This document shows, in pieces, positions 1 to 13,500 of a stretch of DNA of 64,000 bases (its first letter is position 1; each line of letters starts with the position of its first letter). This stretch comes from Tubulanus polymorphus (Eukaryota > Animalia > Nemertea), in assembly GCF_964204645.1 (NCBI RefSeq), contig NC_134029.1:3844001-3908000 (forward strand), read 5' to 3'. Made by a program: the position numbers and the translations under genes. The notes under the pieces are model-generated. The model had not been told where the DNA came from. It did no database searches and saw only the letters and a list, made by a program, of their open reading frames with translations.

Positions 1-1926
1 CACTTCGGATCACTTTGCATCTGGTTCATGAGGTTGATTTGCTGCAGATAATTAGTTTTTTTCCAATATATCGTCCTTTCATTTTTTAGTTATAAGTGTA
101 ACCGAAGAACAGCTGGTTAAAATGGAGTAACAAAAAGCTATTCTTTCAAAAAATTCAGAATTCAGAGTTTTAGTTCAATTGTGTCTATGTCCCAGTTCCG
201 TATTTCTGAATTTGATTTGACTAAAGGCTCAAAATGTTGAGAATAAGCTGATTTCACCTCGAAGCGAATTATCTCTCTCCCATAACAGCAGAATCGGTGT
301 CATAGAATCAGATGCCTCCGATGTCAGACGCTAACCCAACAATAGATTAACGGATAAAGTGGAGAGTCATAATAGGGCTGCTGACCCTAACCCTAACCCT
401 TTATCCTGAGATCTTGTGTAAGAGGGTATGGATTAAAGGGGAAGCATTTCATTCAACACCGGGTTCTTGGTTTTAGCGATAACATCACCCGCACAATGTT
501 CACGCAAAGCTCGGTCCATCGCGAGAAATTTATGTGGCAATTGCAAGAATGCGGTTGCTGTCATAAACCAGGTTGTATACAAGGTCACGTGGCGGCGGTG
601 TCATGATAAATCTTCACCGCGATGAAGATTCCTATCGATATAAACAGTTGTTATTGACCACTTTATTATGTTTTTCTTTTCCGAGAGAAAAACTACGGAA
701 GCTTAGCAAGACCAGTATATACACCTGCCAGCACTCGACATCGATCATCCATTATTTGCAGTTATGAAAGAGATGAGTGTATTCGTGGTCATATTTCATA
801 TAAAAAAGAGTCCAGTCACTGAATTATTCATTTGACCAGGTGTTGTTTCCCCGCTTAATCGAGTAGTCTCGGCTGGTTTTCCTCAGTTGATTGCAAAGGT
901 ATAATATAAGTCTTCTATATAAACTCCGGGCAAGTATTCCTAAAGAGGACTTTTAGGGTGCAGTCGAGTCGTCGAATTGAATACCAACTGAAGCAACTTT
1001 TCGTAGTCGTTTTTTCTTATTGTGGGATTTCATTTTCAGCACGAATGAACAGTGTGTGGATCAAGATTATCATTGAAAAGGTCTCCTCTCACCTGGATTT
1101 GACGGGTGGTGATAGATAAATTCGAATGATTTGACTGCGGGAGTTTTAGATCTATCTCTATTCGACTGCATTGTACTAATCGGCCTTACCGCAATGGGGT
1201 ACCCGCAGCTATCCCGTCCGATGGCGTGATGAGCAGTAGGTCGTCCGTTGTCATAATTTTGAACTGGATTTCTAGACTCCAATCCATATATTATCAAAGC
1301 AACCACCAAATATACAATACTTACATTCTTCTACTCGGATATCGGTATTGTTTTCTTAAATAATTGATTCATTTAAGAGAAAATTGTATTTAGATTTAAT
1401 TGAAATGTAAAAGAAACCGAACGCGGCGGACGACCAACTTCCTACTATCAAGCCTGGTTGAACCATACGTGGAATCCTCGATTGCCACAGTAGCGCTGCG
1501 GGTACCCCATTAATCGGTTTGAAGGTCGAGTTGTTTCGCGAATATTCGGCGAGTAGTTTATCGAACAACACGTGTCCGGAACCGGAAATGCGTCATCCAA
1601 GGTAACTTCCCGCGGCTCCAGATGGCTTAGTGATGAATTTGGCGAAATCATAGCTAATGTTTGGTATGTTTCTGACAATAACTGCATTCCTGGAGAGCAA
1701 GTTGTCGGTGTTTCGGGGAGCATTTTTATTACCGCACGGCAATAAAACATGGCGTTTGATGCGGAATTTGTTGACACTGGAAGCCAGTTACCGGCGCTCT
1801 ACAGAGCAACCTCAAACAAACGTGAATTTAAATAAATGTCATCCGGAAACAGATCTTCCCTCAATAATAAGTTTAAAACCCGGCGCTGTATGAAAAATTA
1901 AACGATTAAAAAACGAAATTCATTTA

Positions 1927-2037
1927 TCAAGAATAAAAATCAAAAATTGAAAGACATTTCGGTCTCTCTCTCCCGTTCGGTCTTGAGAGAGTCCGAAACA
2001 TTTTGTCTTTAAATTTTTGATTTTGATTATTCCTTGA
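1927..2037. mobile_element. Foldback/MITE-like long hairpin
   Basis: TCAAGAATAAAAATCAAAAATTGAAAGACA-TTTCGGTCTCTCTC pairs imperfectly with GAGAGAGTCCGAAA..TGTCTTTAAATTTTTGATTTTGATTATTCCTTGA. Confidence 0.6.
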
Positions 2038-2907
2038 AACATTTTCAATCTGTAAATCATTGATCTAGTCTCCACGACTGAGTGCGACTAGTCTCTACTG
2101 ATAAGATTTTCCATTGCTTACATCTCGTGTACTCCGCTCGATTCGAGCACGAATACATATATTCGTGTAGATATAACTTGGTTTGCGAAAAGCTTTATAT
2201 CTGAACTTGTATCGACGGAATTGTTTGACAGGTCTTATGATGTTCGAGAGTCACCAGCGATAATCATCGTTTACTGACACATATGACATCGGGTGAGTTC
2301 GACAGCGCGCGGTTCCCATCGCAAACATTTACACGTCAAGTCTTGCGCGTTTAAATCGAAACGTCTCGACTCAAATCGTCGTTGAGAAAGTAAACACGCG
2401 CAGAATCCAATTTAAATGTCTGTCGTTAGAGTTTAGTTGGTCGAATGTACAAGGAAGCGATGTGTATATATGTGTATATGCGAATAAATGAAGTGGCTTC
2501 ACGTAATATATGGATTTAATTGCAAATCAATCGTCGTTTATGTGGGATTAGTAGCGGGTCGCTGAATACTGTAATTTGTTCGTCAATAAATGCGCTATGC
2601 TGTTATTTTCCTATTATTACCCCCCGACTAATCGGCTGCGGCCTAATCACTGGGTCTTAGCCAACACGGTGAAGCCTTTCGACGTTTGGCCGGCGCCATA
2701 TTCTATGACGCACCTACATCCGTCTCAACACTCAAACGTATACATAATATATTATGCCAACAGGCATGATGACACAACAATAAGATTGCTTTTTATGTCC
2801 AACGAGCATTTTTTACCCAAATCTTTGACCAATATGGCACCGGTGTAAATGTTTGGTCCGGACCAGATTTGGCCCTACCAAAATCTTCGGTCCAGGCCCG
2901 TGCCAGA

Positions 2908-3192
2908 TAGCGGTGTTCTGTTACTATGTAGCGGTGTTCTGTTACTATGTAGCGGTGTTCTGTTACTATGTAGCGGTGTTCTGTTACTTTGTAGCGGTGT
3001 TCTGTTACTATGTAGCGGTGTTCTGTTACTTCGTACCGGTGTTCTGTTACTTCGTACCGGTGTTCTGTTACTATGTAGCGGTGTTCTGTTACTATGTAGC
3101 GGTGTTCTGTTACTATGTAGCGGTGTTCTGTTACTATGTAGCGGTGTTCTGTTACTATGTAGCGGTGTTCTGTTACTATGTAGCGGTGTTCT
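2908..3192. repeat. 21-bp minisatellite, about 13.6 copies
   Basis: Unit TAGCGGTGTTCTGTTACTATG repeated head-to-tail with a few variants (CTTTG; CTTCGTACCGG in two adjacent units). Confidence 0.98.
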
Positions 3193-6100
3193 ACCGCTGT
3201 TTCGTAATCACATGTATTCATATCGCCTTCTTTGTCCTATGTAATTTTGTCATTGCTTGGGAGCAACCACATTTTGATTGAATTGAATTGTTAATTATCG
3301 AAAGTTACCGGGAATCTTGTAAATCTGAGTTTATCTCCGCGCGCGGTTTAATGGAATGGAAACCGCGTCCGCGGTATTTGTATCAATGAATAGTAAACGC
3401 GCGTATTAGTTTTTATTCGGGGGCGATAAAGCCTTAAAACCTTCCAGTACAATACGCCGCAAATCAATGATTGATTGTATAGAAATAGATTTCCTCCATA
3501 TAAAACCACACCGCAAATTGTCGGTTTAGAAAAAAAGAAACAGAGAGCCGAATCGTCGCGGCCACGCCGGAGCTCGATGAGAGAGGAGTGAAAAAAATGC
3601 GTGTTCGATATTTCGTAGAACGAAACGAAAGCCGGAGTATAAGACATGATAACATTCGCGCGCCGCAATCAGACGGGATTGTACGGAAAAAAGTGTGCCT
3701 GGAATTTTGATGAAATCACGCTCGATGCAATTTCCTGGTGATTTTACTGCACATCGGGGTTGTATACGTCAGGTTGGTCAGCATCCAGCCGAACCAGTAA
3801 CGAAAACCGATGTATCTTGAACAGTAACACACGAGCGTCCAGAGAGTCGTTTATTTCTGCGGTAACTCGGCCGCCGGGAATTCGAACGAACGATACACGA
3901 TTCAAAGATCTATTCACGAGTCGTGGCTTCTGGAACAGTATTCGCCACCGTTCAATCGAATACCGTCCATAATATTATTCGGTATCATTTATTGTCATCG
4001 GTCTCGGTAAGAGTTTGATAAACGATGCTCATTAAGTACAATAGAATTATAAATGGTATCTACTTAAGATCGTGACGACTACATGACTATGCACAATACT
4101 ACACATAGTATACACTTCCGTTTTAGAATAGATCATTAGATTCATTATTGATGCTGCGTATAATTGTGGCTGCGTATACTAATGACGTAACCGATTTCGT
4201 GGCGCTTTGTTTAAGGCGCCGATGTAGTAAATATCGATTGTCGCGTTGTGACTAGTTTGTTATTATCCGTTATTTATGTATATATAATCTATTTTCCCGC
4301 ATCGCATTTTCTCGATTGCAAAAATAGCGTGATAGATATCTGCGACGCATTTTCCTGCGTGCGTCAACGCTTGGAAATTGTCGCTGAAATCAAAGATTTA
4401 TTCGGATTGGTATTTTCCGTGCTTATGTTTATTTAAACGGATTTTGCAACAGTTGAAATTTGGAATTTCCATTTATCGAATCTAGAATTAAGATTTTGTC
4501 CATTTTCAATAGTTCTTCCTTGGAGTTATCATTTGACTAATGATAACTCAAAGGTACTCATAATAGAGTTGAATTTAAACTCGAACAGTAGTAGTTTTTT
4601 TTTACTAAGGTTTTCATTACAAATTCGGCAGAAAATCAGTCGGCCAATCACAAAGCGATTGTAAGGTCATCTTACAGTTTAACATCAAATTTAAATCAAG
4701 TGATTTGATAAAGATAAGTTGCAAAAAACATTTTCACACAGTAACTCGTTTTTCTGAAATGCTTTCTATTTATAAGGCAGACAATAGCAAAAACGTTTTG
4801 AGAATTTCTTAGATATTTAAGATAAAAACAATTATGAGATTTGAAGCCTTTTCAGGCGAATCGATGATCAAACGACACCTTGCCGGATTATATCAATGAA
4901 GCGACGATATGAAATCCGATGCAGAACGGAAAATAAATGAAACGACAGAAATGATTTATTTCACGTCGAAAATTCCCCTACCTTTCGATGAGTTGAAATT
5001 CTATTAAAGCGATGTATTATGCAGTAAGATCTTCGACGGCGTATCCTTGTTTTCTTTGCGAAAAAAAGTTTTCCAGCTTAATAGGAAATAATTGATAGCG
5101 ATATAGCAATTGTAATTCCGAATAGAACAGCAGCTACTCCGCGTATCAGATCCCTTTCTCTCTCTCTCTCTTACTCTCTCTTACTAACACTATAACTGTT
5201 ACTCTCCTTTCGCAGACGACTGGCGCACTAACAAAACGCGTTGAAATAATCAGCGCATTTCGATGGCAGTTTATCGCATTTTATCTCGGAGTTCACGCGT
5301 CATCCTTCCTTGTCGCAGCCGCTTTTATCTTTCCCTTCGCGTTAGAGAATAAAATAAATAAAACAAAATCGAGAGCGATTCCGTTATCACAGGAGCGAGA
5401 TTTCCACGTGATTAGGGCTTAGGTAATTTTGTCGCTGGTAACTGATAACGACTAGTGTTATAGATTATTAACGAGACTTCACTCTTGAAACAGTACTACA
5501 CATTTCGTGTTAAGTTTTTTTGGTTTGGCGCTCGTATTTCAGCTATGGATATCAACCACGCTGATCACCGGCGATTTTCGGCGCGTATGCTATTTTCTCG
5601 AAATCGAAAGTCGGAAAATGTGTCCAATATAGCGAAACGCCGTCAAAACACTAGCGCTTTAGAGTTCTAGAAAATACGATTCTTGGTCGATTCGATACAA
5701 GAAATCCGTCTCAGTGAAATTCTCTCTATGATGTTCGGATAATGAGAATATGGATTATTCGAAAACGTCCAAAGCGCCGATTATTATTTTCAGCGCTGTA
5801 AATATTTGATATTCCTGGTAGCGGTTTATGACGGTGAGGTTTATGTTGGGTGATCGTTTAACAACACTATGCGACAATATTCAACTCGAATGATCAATAA
5901 TTGCTCGACGGGTTCAACTGCGGCGACCGTTTGCGGCTGTTGTACAGAAGTTTCCACGCGCATGTAACGGTTTACAACAAGCCGAATGATGACACTCTTA
6001 CCCGTTGCGGTAAACTTGCAGCGATGCGACTGCGCTATTTGCGCTGACGCAACAGTTTCGCACGCTCGCGCTCTCTCGCAGACTGCGGTACTGTCTGTCA

Positions 6101-6714
6101 CCTGGCAATAGAACTGGAAACTATGTCGCAACTCGGCGCTTCAACCAGGCGCATTCACAACGAGAGTTGTTCCTTTCAATTCACGTACAGATGATTCTTC
6201 GTTAAAAGAATTTTCTCCGATAAACTGTCTTCACATCATTTCATTTACCGAAACCATATTATAGCTATGCTAAAAACTTGAAAGCAATTATTTGTGAATA
6301 CCAGCAATAAAGTAATAAGTATAATATGATGAGTTATATCTTGAAATAGATGATAATCAGCTGATGTCATTGATAATTTTACTTCTATCGTTTCTAGGGC
6401 TGCTTTCTTGTACAAGCTAACTGTCGCCTCGATACGGTCCTTCATTTAACATTATTACATTTTTAATAGACATCGTAAAACTTAGGTTAGAGTATTTATC
6501 TAATTAATTCATTCATTAATTCTGTAAAAATTTTACATGAAAATAAATCATATCACATCATGTACTTCGTTTCTATCTTCATCCATCCAATTCACAATGT
6601 TAACGGAGAAAAAATCAAAAAATGCGAAATGGCGCATGAATAGTTGGCTAAAAGGCTTATTCAACGGTATAAAAAATGAATGATAAATTATATACCCTGA
6701 TGGCGCCATCAACT

Positions 6715-6841
<127 letters not shown>

Positions 6842-7594
6842 TTTATTCCAAGTATTCGTGAATATTTCAACTGGTACTCGATGATATTTACACACCCTCT
6901 CAAAGTAATCATTATGGCGTCGGCAATATTCCTAAAAATTGGTAAACACGTCGCTAAATCTATTCACAGCTGTCTGTTATACTGCGAAATCTAGGGTTTT
7001 TTATTTTGTACGAAATCGATTTCGCAAAATGCAATTAATTCATTTCAGTTTTATAGTTTAGTTTATTCGATGTATGAAAAGCGAATGAGCGCATAAGATT
7101 GTCGCGATTTGAAGATTATTTATGGATGAATCCCCGAATTTTATTCCAAATGTTAGTGCCTCTTAACTATCGACAAAGTTGATTTTGACCCCGAAATAAA
7201 AAGTTGAGTATATGGAATAAATTTTCCTGCCATGTTTATGGTTTAACATTGTCAAGGATAATGCGGACCTAAACAGAACTGAGACTCGTTCATAACTGGA
7301 AATCTAGTTGTCATCGTAGATTTCCGCTCAATCACGTGAAAAGTCGACCGATTTGTTTTACAACTTAAAATTTCCGTTTCGCAACGTTCGAATTCGACGT
7401 AAAACAAATCGGGTTTAAATCTCACGCGTCATTTTCGTATCCGATCGATTTTTGAGAATTGCCGATTAGTCAAGAGTCGTTTGTTTACTTTCGAATCGTC
7501 GAAATAACAGTGTGATGAATGTATTTGCGCCGGAGCTGTATTCCAACCAGTGATTATTCGACTCGTCTTTATTTTTCTTAAACATTTTTTACAG

Positions 7595-10500
7595 GCTATA
7601 AAGAAACTCATCTCAAACGTCGAGAACCGAAAATGGAAAGATTTAATATCGAAAACGACTCCAACTGTAAGTTTAAAAGCGACCGGTAATTTGTCATCGC
7701 TAACCAATCCCGAACTTCTTTAATCTTCACGAAAAAATCAGCAAATTTGTGATTATATATTTGTTTTGTGTGTGTTTTGATAGCTTCCCGAGTTGAATTT
7801 ACTATTTGAACTGTCGGTTCACCAGGACACGGTAGTAGCCACCGGATGTTGCGATGCTCTTGTGTATTTAGTTCGTAAAGGCGAAGCAGAATTTAAATAT
7901 ATACTTCATCAACTGTTGAACGTGGCTCCCAGTGCGAGGTAATGTCTTCAGTGAAATATTTACCTGTGTAATGTAACAGGCTTCCCTTCATGACGTAATA
8001 TATTTTATACATGGCCACAAGTACCCTATAGGAAAAGCTCTAGCCACCATTCTAGCTACCGTTCCATTGCGCGACGTTCTCGTATAGCAAACTGTAGTAC
8101 CCGAAAAGTTCAGGGCTCGATTTCATAGACTTTGTCGTAAAATTCCCAGCAAATTTGTATTATTTTCCTCCATTTGATTAACTGTAAAATGCTTGCTCAT
8201 ATTTGAGATATCTAAATCGCTTACTTAACTAGGAACCGAAGAAAATGTAATAAGCTTCATATAATGCAGATTTAACGAAAATGAATTGATTTACGTTGCA
8301 GCGGTATCAATGACGTCAGGGGAACTGTCCCGCTAAGTCGCGGTAATGAAGGTGTTAAGGACGTTATAGATACCTGTTGAATACTGAAACACACCTAATA
8401 CGGGAGTTTATCGTCGTAAGAGCGATTGCGAAGCGTAAAATATGTTTTAGGTCGACGGATGGGAATGCCAATTACCCAAAAGCTTTCATGTCCGTGACCC
8501 CTCCTACGTTATTTCAATTTTCTATGCTCTGACCAAGGACGTATAATTCCAGAAACCAGTCCGTTATAGAATCAATGATATTTCAGTAATTTTCCTTTTT
8601 TATTTAGCTCAGAAATTCTACCTATAAATGATTACTTGTAAAAACCTAAGTTTTACGATGTCTATTAACGTGTTGAGATCATATTTACCAGTTTATTTCA
8701 AACCTGCGATTGAAAGTTGGCAGGTTTTAATGGCGTACATCCGATTTCAATTCATTCGTATTCGATTTCGTAGGAAACCATTGTGGAATGATTAGTTCAG
8801 AAGGTGCACCGTAAACCTCAACGTTTTTACTTACTATACTTAACTAAACCACTTAGCGAAATTCACCGATAAAAATTTTTGCATTTAAATTTTTAGAAAT
8901 GGTTGTGGCATCGTGAAAGCAGTGTCCGAGCTTATTCAACTCGAGGCTGAACTGTTACTGAAAGAACGTGGCCGATATCAATGCCCATATGGTATTAGGT
9001 AAATATTAAAGCCCTTTTCGCTCTTCGATATTGTTCAAGATTCGAATTGATTTCATCGTCGCCGATAAATCGCCGCCTTTTCCGCTGAATTTCTAGGTCC
9101 AATCCGCATCCGTTCGTTACGTTGCTCTCAAATCGGCCGGATATTTGGCCGACTATGCATCAGCAGTTTCATACATTCACACGCCCGAGCAGGTAATCTA
9201 TCATTAATCGGCGTTGTAGAAAGTTTATTTAGTTTTATTTTATAAAAATGTAAACACTTCTTGAAGAGAATATTTCGAAATAAATCATTGCGACTGATGG
9301 TCAGACAGGCTCCAGTTCGACAGTAGTGAGTAAGAGTTAACTCTGAGTTAAAATGTTTTCAAAGTTCATTTTCAAACGTTGACCAGTCAAATCATAATTC
9401 AGAACTGCGGAACTGGGTTCCTGATTAAAAATCAGTCGAGTGTGCAAAAACATCAAAAGCTTTCGATGAATATTTGAAATTTTAATCACAGAATTTTATC
9501 TTAGTTATCACGACACGGCATCGCTCTCCGTGATAATTCCCTGATTTAAGACTTAGTTAAACATTTTCTAAATCGTCTGCTCTCACGTGCGTTATGTTTA
9601 ATTTTTTGATTAGCTGCGCAGCTGCTTCGTTGGTTGTTGACGTCATTGAGCCGTTCTTGAAATACGTTCTTCTCGATCCGACGGCTAAAAACGTACAAGC
9701 CAAAATCTCGCTGCATCAACTGTGTCTGCAGATGATCCAGACGCGACACACCGAATTGAAAACTAGATGGAAAAAACTGCTCACAACAGCAATTATCCCT
9801 GCATTGCCGGTAAATTGGTGGGTGGCGCAGGCGAATGGCTCTGGTTTCGAACCCCGTACATTACCGTATCGTCCCCGGAAAAGACACTTATCCTTATTGT
9901 CTTTCTCCGCCCAGGAGCAAATGGGTAACTGGCCTGATAGACGACTTCTGAGCGCGCTTGATAGCAGCTCTCTTGTTACATGAGATATGGTTGATTCAGT
10001 TAGAGAGTTAAATAGGTTGGGGGTTATTATACCAGAAAATAAAAAACGGAACGCATTCAAAATGCGTTTGAATAGAGATCTTGCGCTCTGCCGATAATTA
10101 TTACTTTATTGTGAAATTATATTCATACCGTCAACAGTATGCTAGTTATCATAACTTGAAAATTGAAGAGCCGTTGAACAAACATCACGAAATCTGTTGA
10201 ATTGTGTCGATGTTTTTGCTAAATGATTGATAGTAATTGCTGGTACGGAATTCACTGTATTTTTGTCATTATTTTAAGATTGAAGATAGCGCCGGATTCG
10301 GATTGACCGTTTCGTTTCTACAGCTCTTATGCTCGGCTGCTGTTCGCGATAACGACGACGAGGCTTTCGCCGAATTCGTTTCGTTTCAACTGATTTTGCT
10401 CGTGCCGGAAATGATCAGAAAAGGTCTCGATATTGGCTACAGTCTCGATAACCTGATCTCGTGCAAGGAAACATTACCCGAGGTTCGTATTCGAGATGTT

Positions 10501-13500
10501 ATTGAAAATATAAAGATAATTTATTCGTTAATTTTATCACGGTCTATAAATCATAACTAACGTATGATTATGAAACGATATTGAAAGATACTTTATTGTT
10601 TTCGAGATCCGAGGTTAGAATGAATTTCTTTTTCAGACGCTGTCTAGGCCGGATGTTGTTGCGTTGCTAGCCGAGCTCATTACGTCAGTTCCGGCGTCTC
10701 ATCACGTCATAAAAATTCTACAATTAGGTAACAAATTACAAGCTTCATCTCGCCATGGACGTCCAAACTAGTTTATACGTCCATGATCTCGCAAAGCGAA
10801 CTGGTCAGAGTTTCCTATGTTCATCATGAGTTCAAGGATCTAGTCATTTTGTATATTATGTATGTCATGTATGCCTATATGTAAAATGACTATTTTTCAG
10901 CTAAACTGATAATTAATGACGCGTCTAGTGAAACACTTGTTCCCGAAGTTATCGGAATGTTAGCCATGCCATTACTTCGTGCGGTTACCAATAACTCCTC
11001 GAATCCCGACAAACCGGTGCAAGTTCACGCCGTAGATCTGCTGAAAGGTATTCAACAACGAACGCGCCGTCGAGCCAACGTTTACCGCACTACCATGGTA
11101 ATTACCTATCATTGACAGCCGATATACCCCGCCGTCCCTGGGGTATTTTTCTCAATTTGAAAATCCGTGAAAATCAATGCTGTCGCGTCGATCGTCTCAC
11201 GATTTTCTTTGGTTCGTGGTTTTATTGGCTTACCTTGAATTCCCAACTCTATCAGCAATTTACCTGAAATATACCCGCTGATATATACTAATATGTGTGT
11301 TCTTCGAATGTATAAAACGCATACCAGGAAAATCTACTATATATCTATTGCGCGGTTTACCTTAGTGTATTCATATTGTTTCTTTTTAAATCAATTCGGG
11401 ATATTTCAACTGGTTCATTACGATTTTCATATCGTCTGCGTCGAGAGAGTGATTGATTATATCGATTTATCAATTTTTTCCTTGTAGCGGCTGCAAACCG
11501 ACGACGAAGGAGGGTATATTCGACCCGAAGGCCACGTGTTTTCATACACTGCCAGTCTGGCCGAGCATTTCCACTACGAACCGAAATCCATCATGCAATG
11601 GTTGAATAGCGTCTTAACTTCTTTAAACGAACGAAAATCGACAGTTTCGAGCGCGGTAGCGAATCTAATCGTGGCGATTTTCCTAACGACTAACGATCAG
11701 CTCGTTCAAAAATTGTGTCTCGATATTTTCCCGGTTATCGGAAAGATTGATCCGGCGAAGGCAAGTCGTATCCATCGAAGACATTTCATTTCAAACAACG
11801 TTTTTTAAAATGCTGCCGTCAGAGAAGGCTGTTACGTTTTGTTATTGTTTATAAACAATCTTATTGATAATATTGTAGCTAGATCAATCAAGTTATTCTC
11901 CGTATTTGTACAATATAGATTATTCTATTACTATATCGTCTTTCTGCAGAGGTTTCAGCGATGTTTTAGTTCAATTATCTTATCGAGTATTTTTGTTTAG
12001 TCCATGTACTTATATTCGATTTTTTTTCAGGGTTTCGATTTTCTGCCAGTCCTACTGTATATGCTGAAAATAGAATGTTGCGAAAGCACGAAATACACTA
12101 TTTTGACGACCATTCCTTTGTTAGCGTCAAACAAGGTATTTCATATTTAAACGCATGCAAATTTTATGCAAGTCGCCATATGTTGAATAAATGAAGATTG
12201 TCACTTGTCATATTTTTGCGTCACTTATCAGTTCAGCCACCTGCTCAATTGATGCTCAATAAATATTTTACTAACATATTCAACGAAAATTAGCATACAG
12301 GAGATAACTTTACTGGGGCCGGTACCAATAGTCGGGACTTAAGTTGTTAGATAGGTTTGAGTACTGAGATGGTCTAAGGAAACTGCCCCTGGACGATTGA
12401 ATGCTGTTCCGCCGCCGTGTGAACTGAAAGATTCTTCATGCGTTATTTCTTTTCAGATAAATGTTGGACCGATTCTAAAAGTGCTCCATACATTCAGCGC
12501 ACAGCCCACTTTGCGACCATTGACAATTCGGTTGTTCACAATATTGTGGCAAAAACAGGAGCGATGTTATCCACAGTTGTTGAAATTGATAGTCGACGAC
12601 GATAGTGCAGTAGCGCGTCACAGTGACTGGAATGAACTGATGATCGCCAAGGCGACTTCGATTAGACTGATGTGTCGAACAAAGTAATTTGCACGTGTTT
12701 TTTTTTTAAAGCCCAACGCACACGATGCAGGGAAACGAGCGTTAGACTTTAATAAGCGTGTAAAAATTGTAAATATTTTGTCTTATTTATTTCTTTTTGG
12801 CTCCATTGAGTAATACTTGTTTTATGAATTAATCGCGGTGTGAAAATAGACGAACAAGAAGCGATCACCTAATGTTCGAAATTGATGTTGAAATATTTTT
12901 CAACATCGTATCCATAGCCTTGTTCCAAGAATTGACTCGAAAGCTAAGCTAGTTCAGTCCTCACAGGGCTGGGCCCAGAAGACCCTACTCAACATTGGAA
13001 ATGAACTAATCGTAACCCGGAGATAAAGTGAACTCTAAACCCGGAACTGTGGAACCGGGCTAACATGTTTATGAAATTCTTCTTTACAAACCGTTTGTTT
13101 GATGCCTTGTTAAATTCAAGGTCGAGGTAATTTATTTGCCGTTAAGGGCTCGGTTGTTAGACAAGCGGCGATCACTTAATCCACATATTATTCCTTCGCA
13201 TCTTGTGTCGAATCAGAAAAAATGTATCCATCATCTGTCGACTGCGGGTGAACGAGCGTAAATTGTTTCAGTTGAATATTGATGAATATTCTGAACTGTG
13301 TGCAGACGCGTTTTCGCTGCGTGTGGTCGAGCAATTTCAAGAATGAATTCATCCATTAATCGACTCTTAATCGTTAAAGTGAAGAGAAATTCGTATAAAA
13401 TATGTATGCAACGTTCGCGTGTTTTTTTCCACTTGTCTGCGTATCTATAAATAGTGATGAACCCTTCGTACGGGTGCAGAGAATTTCAAATACTTCCTTG

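Noticed and set aside
384-400. Telomere-like CCCTAACCCTAACCC
   Set aside because: Fewer than three units, embedded in repeat-like sequence; not evidence of a chromosome end or fusion.
1-1900. Possible - strand gene fragments
   Set aside because: Splice-like signals are present, but no phase-consistent or recognisable coding model could be built.
2793-3281. Repetitive ORFs (VTEHRYI, LLLCSGV, VAVFCYY) and a CRISPR-like look
   Set aside because: They arise from a 21-bp tandem unit that is stop-free in these frames. There are no unique spacers or cas genes, and the context is eukaryotic.
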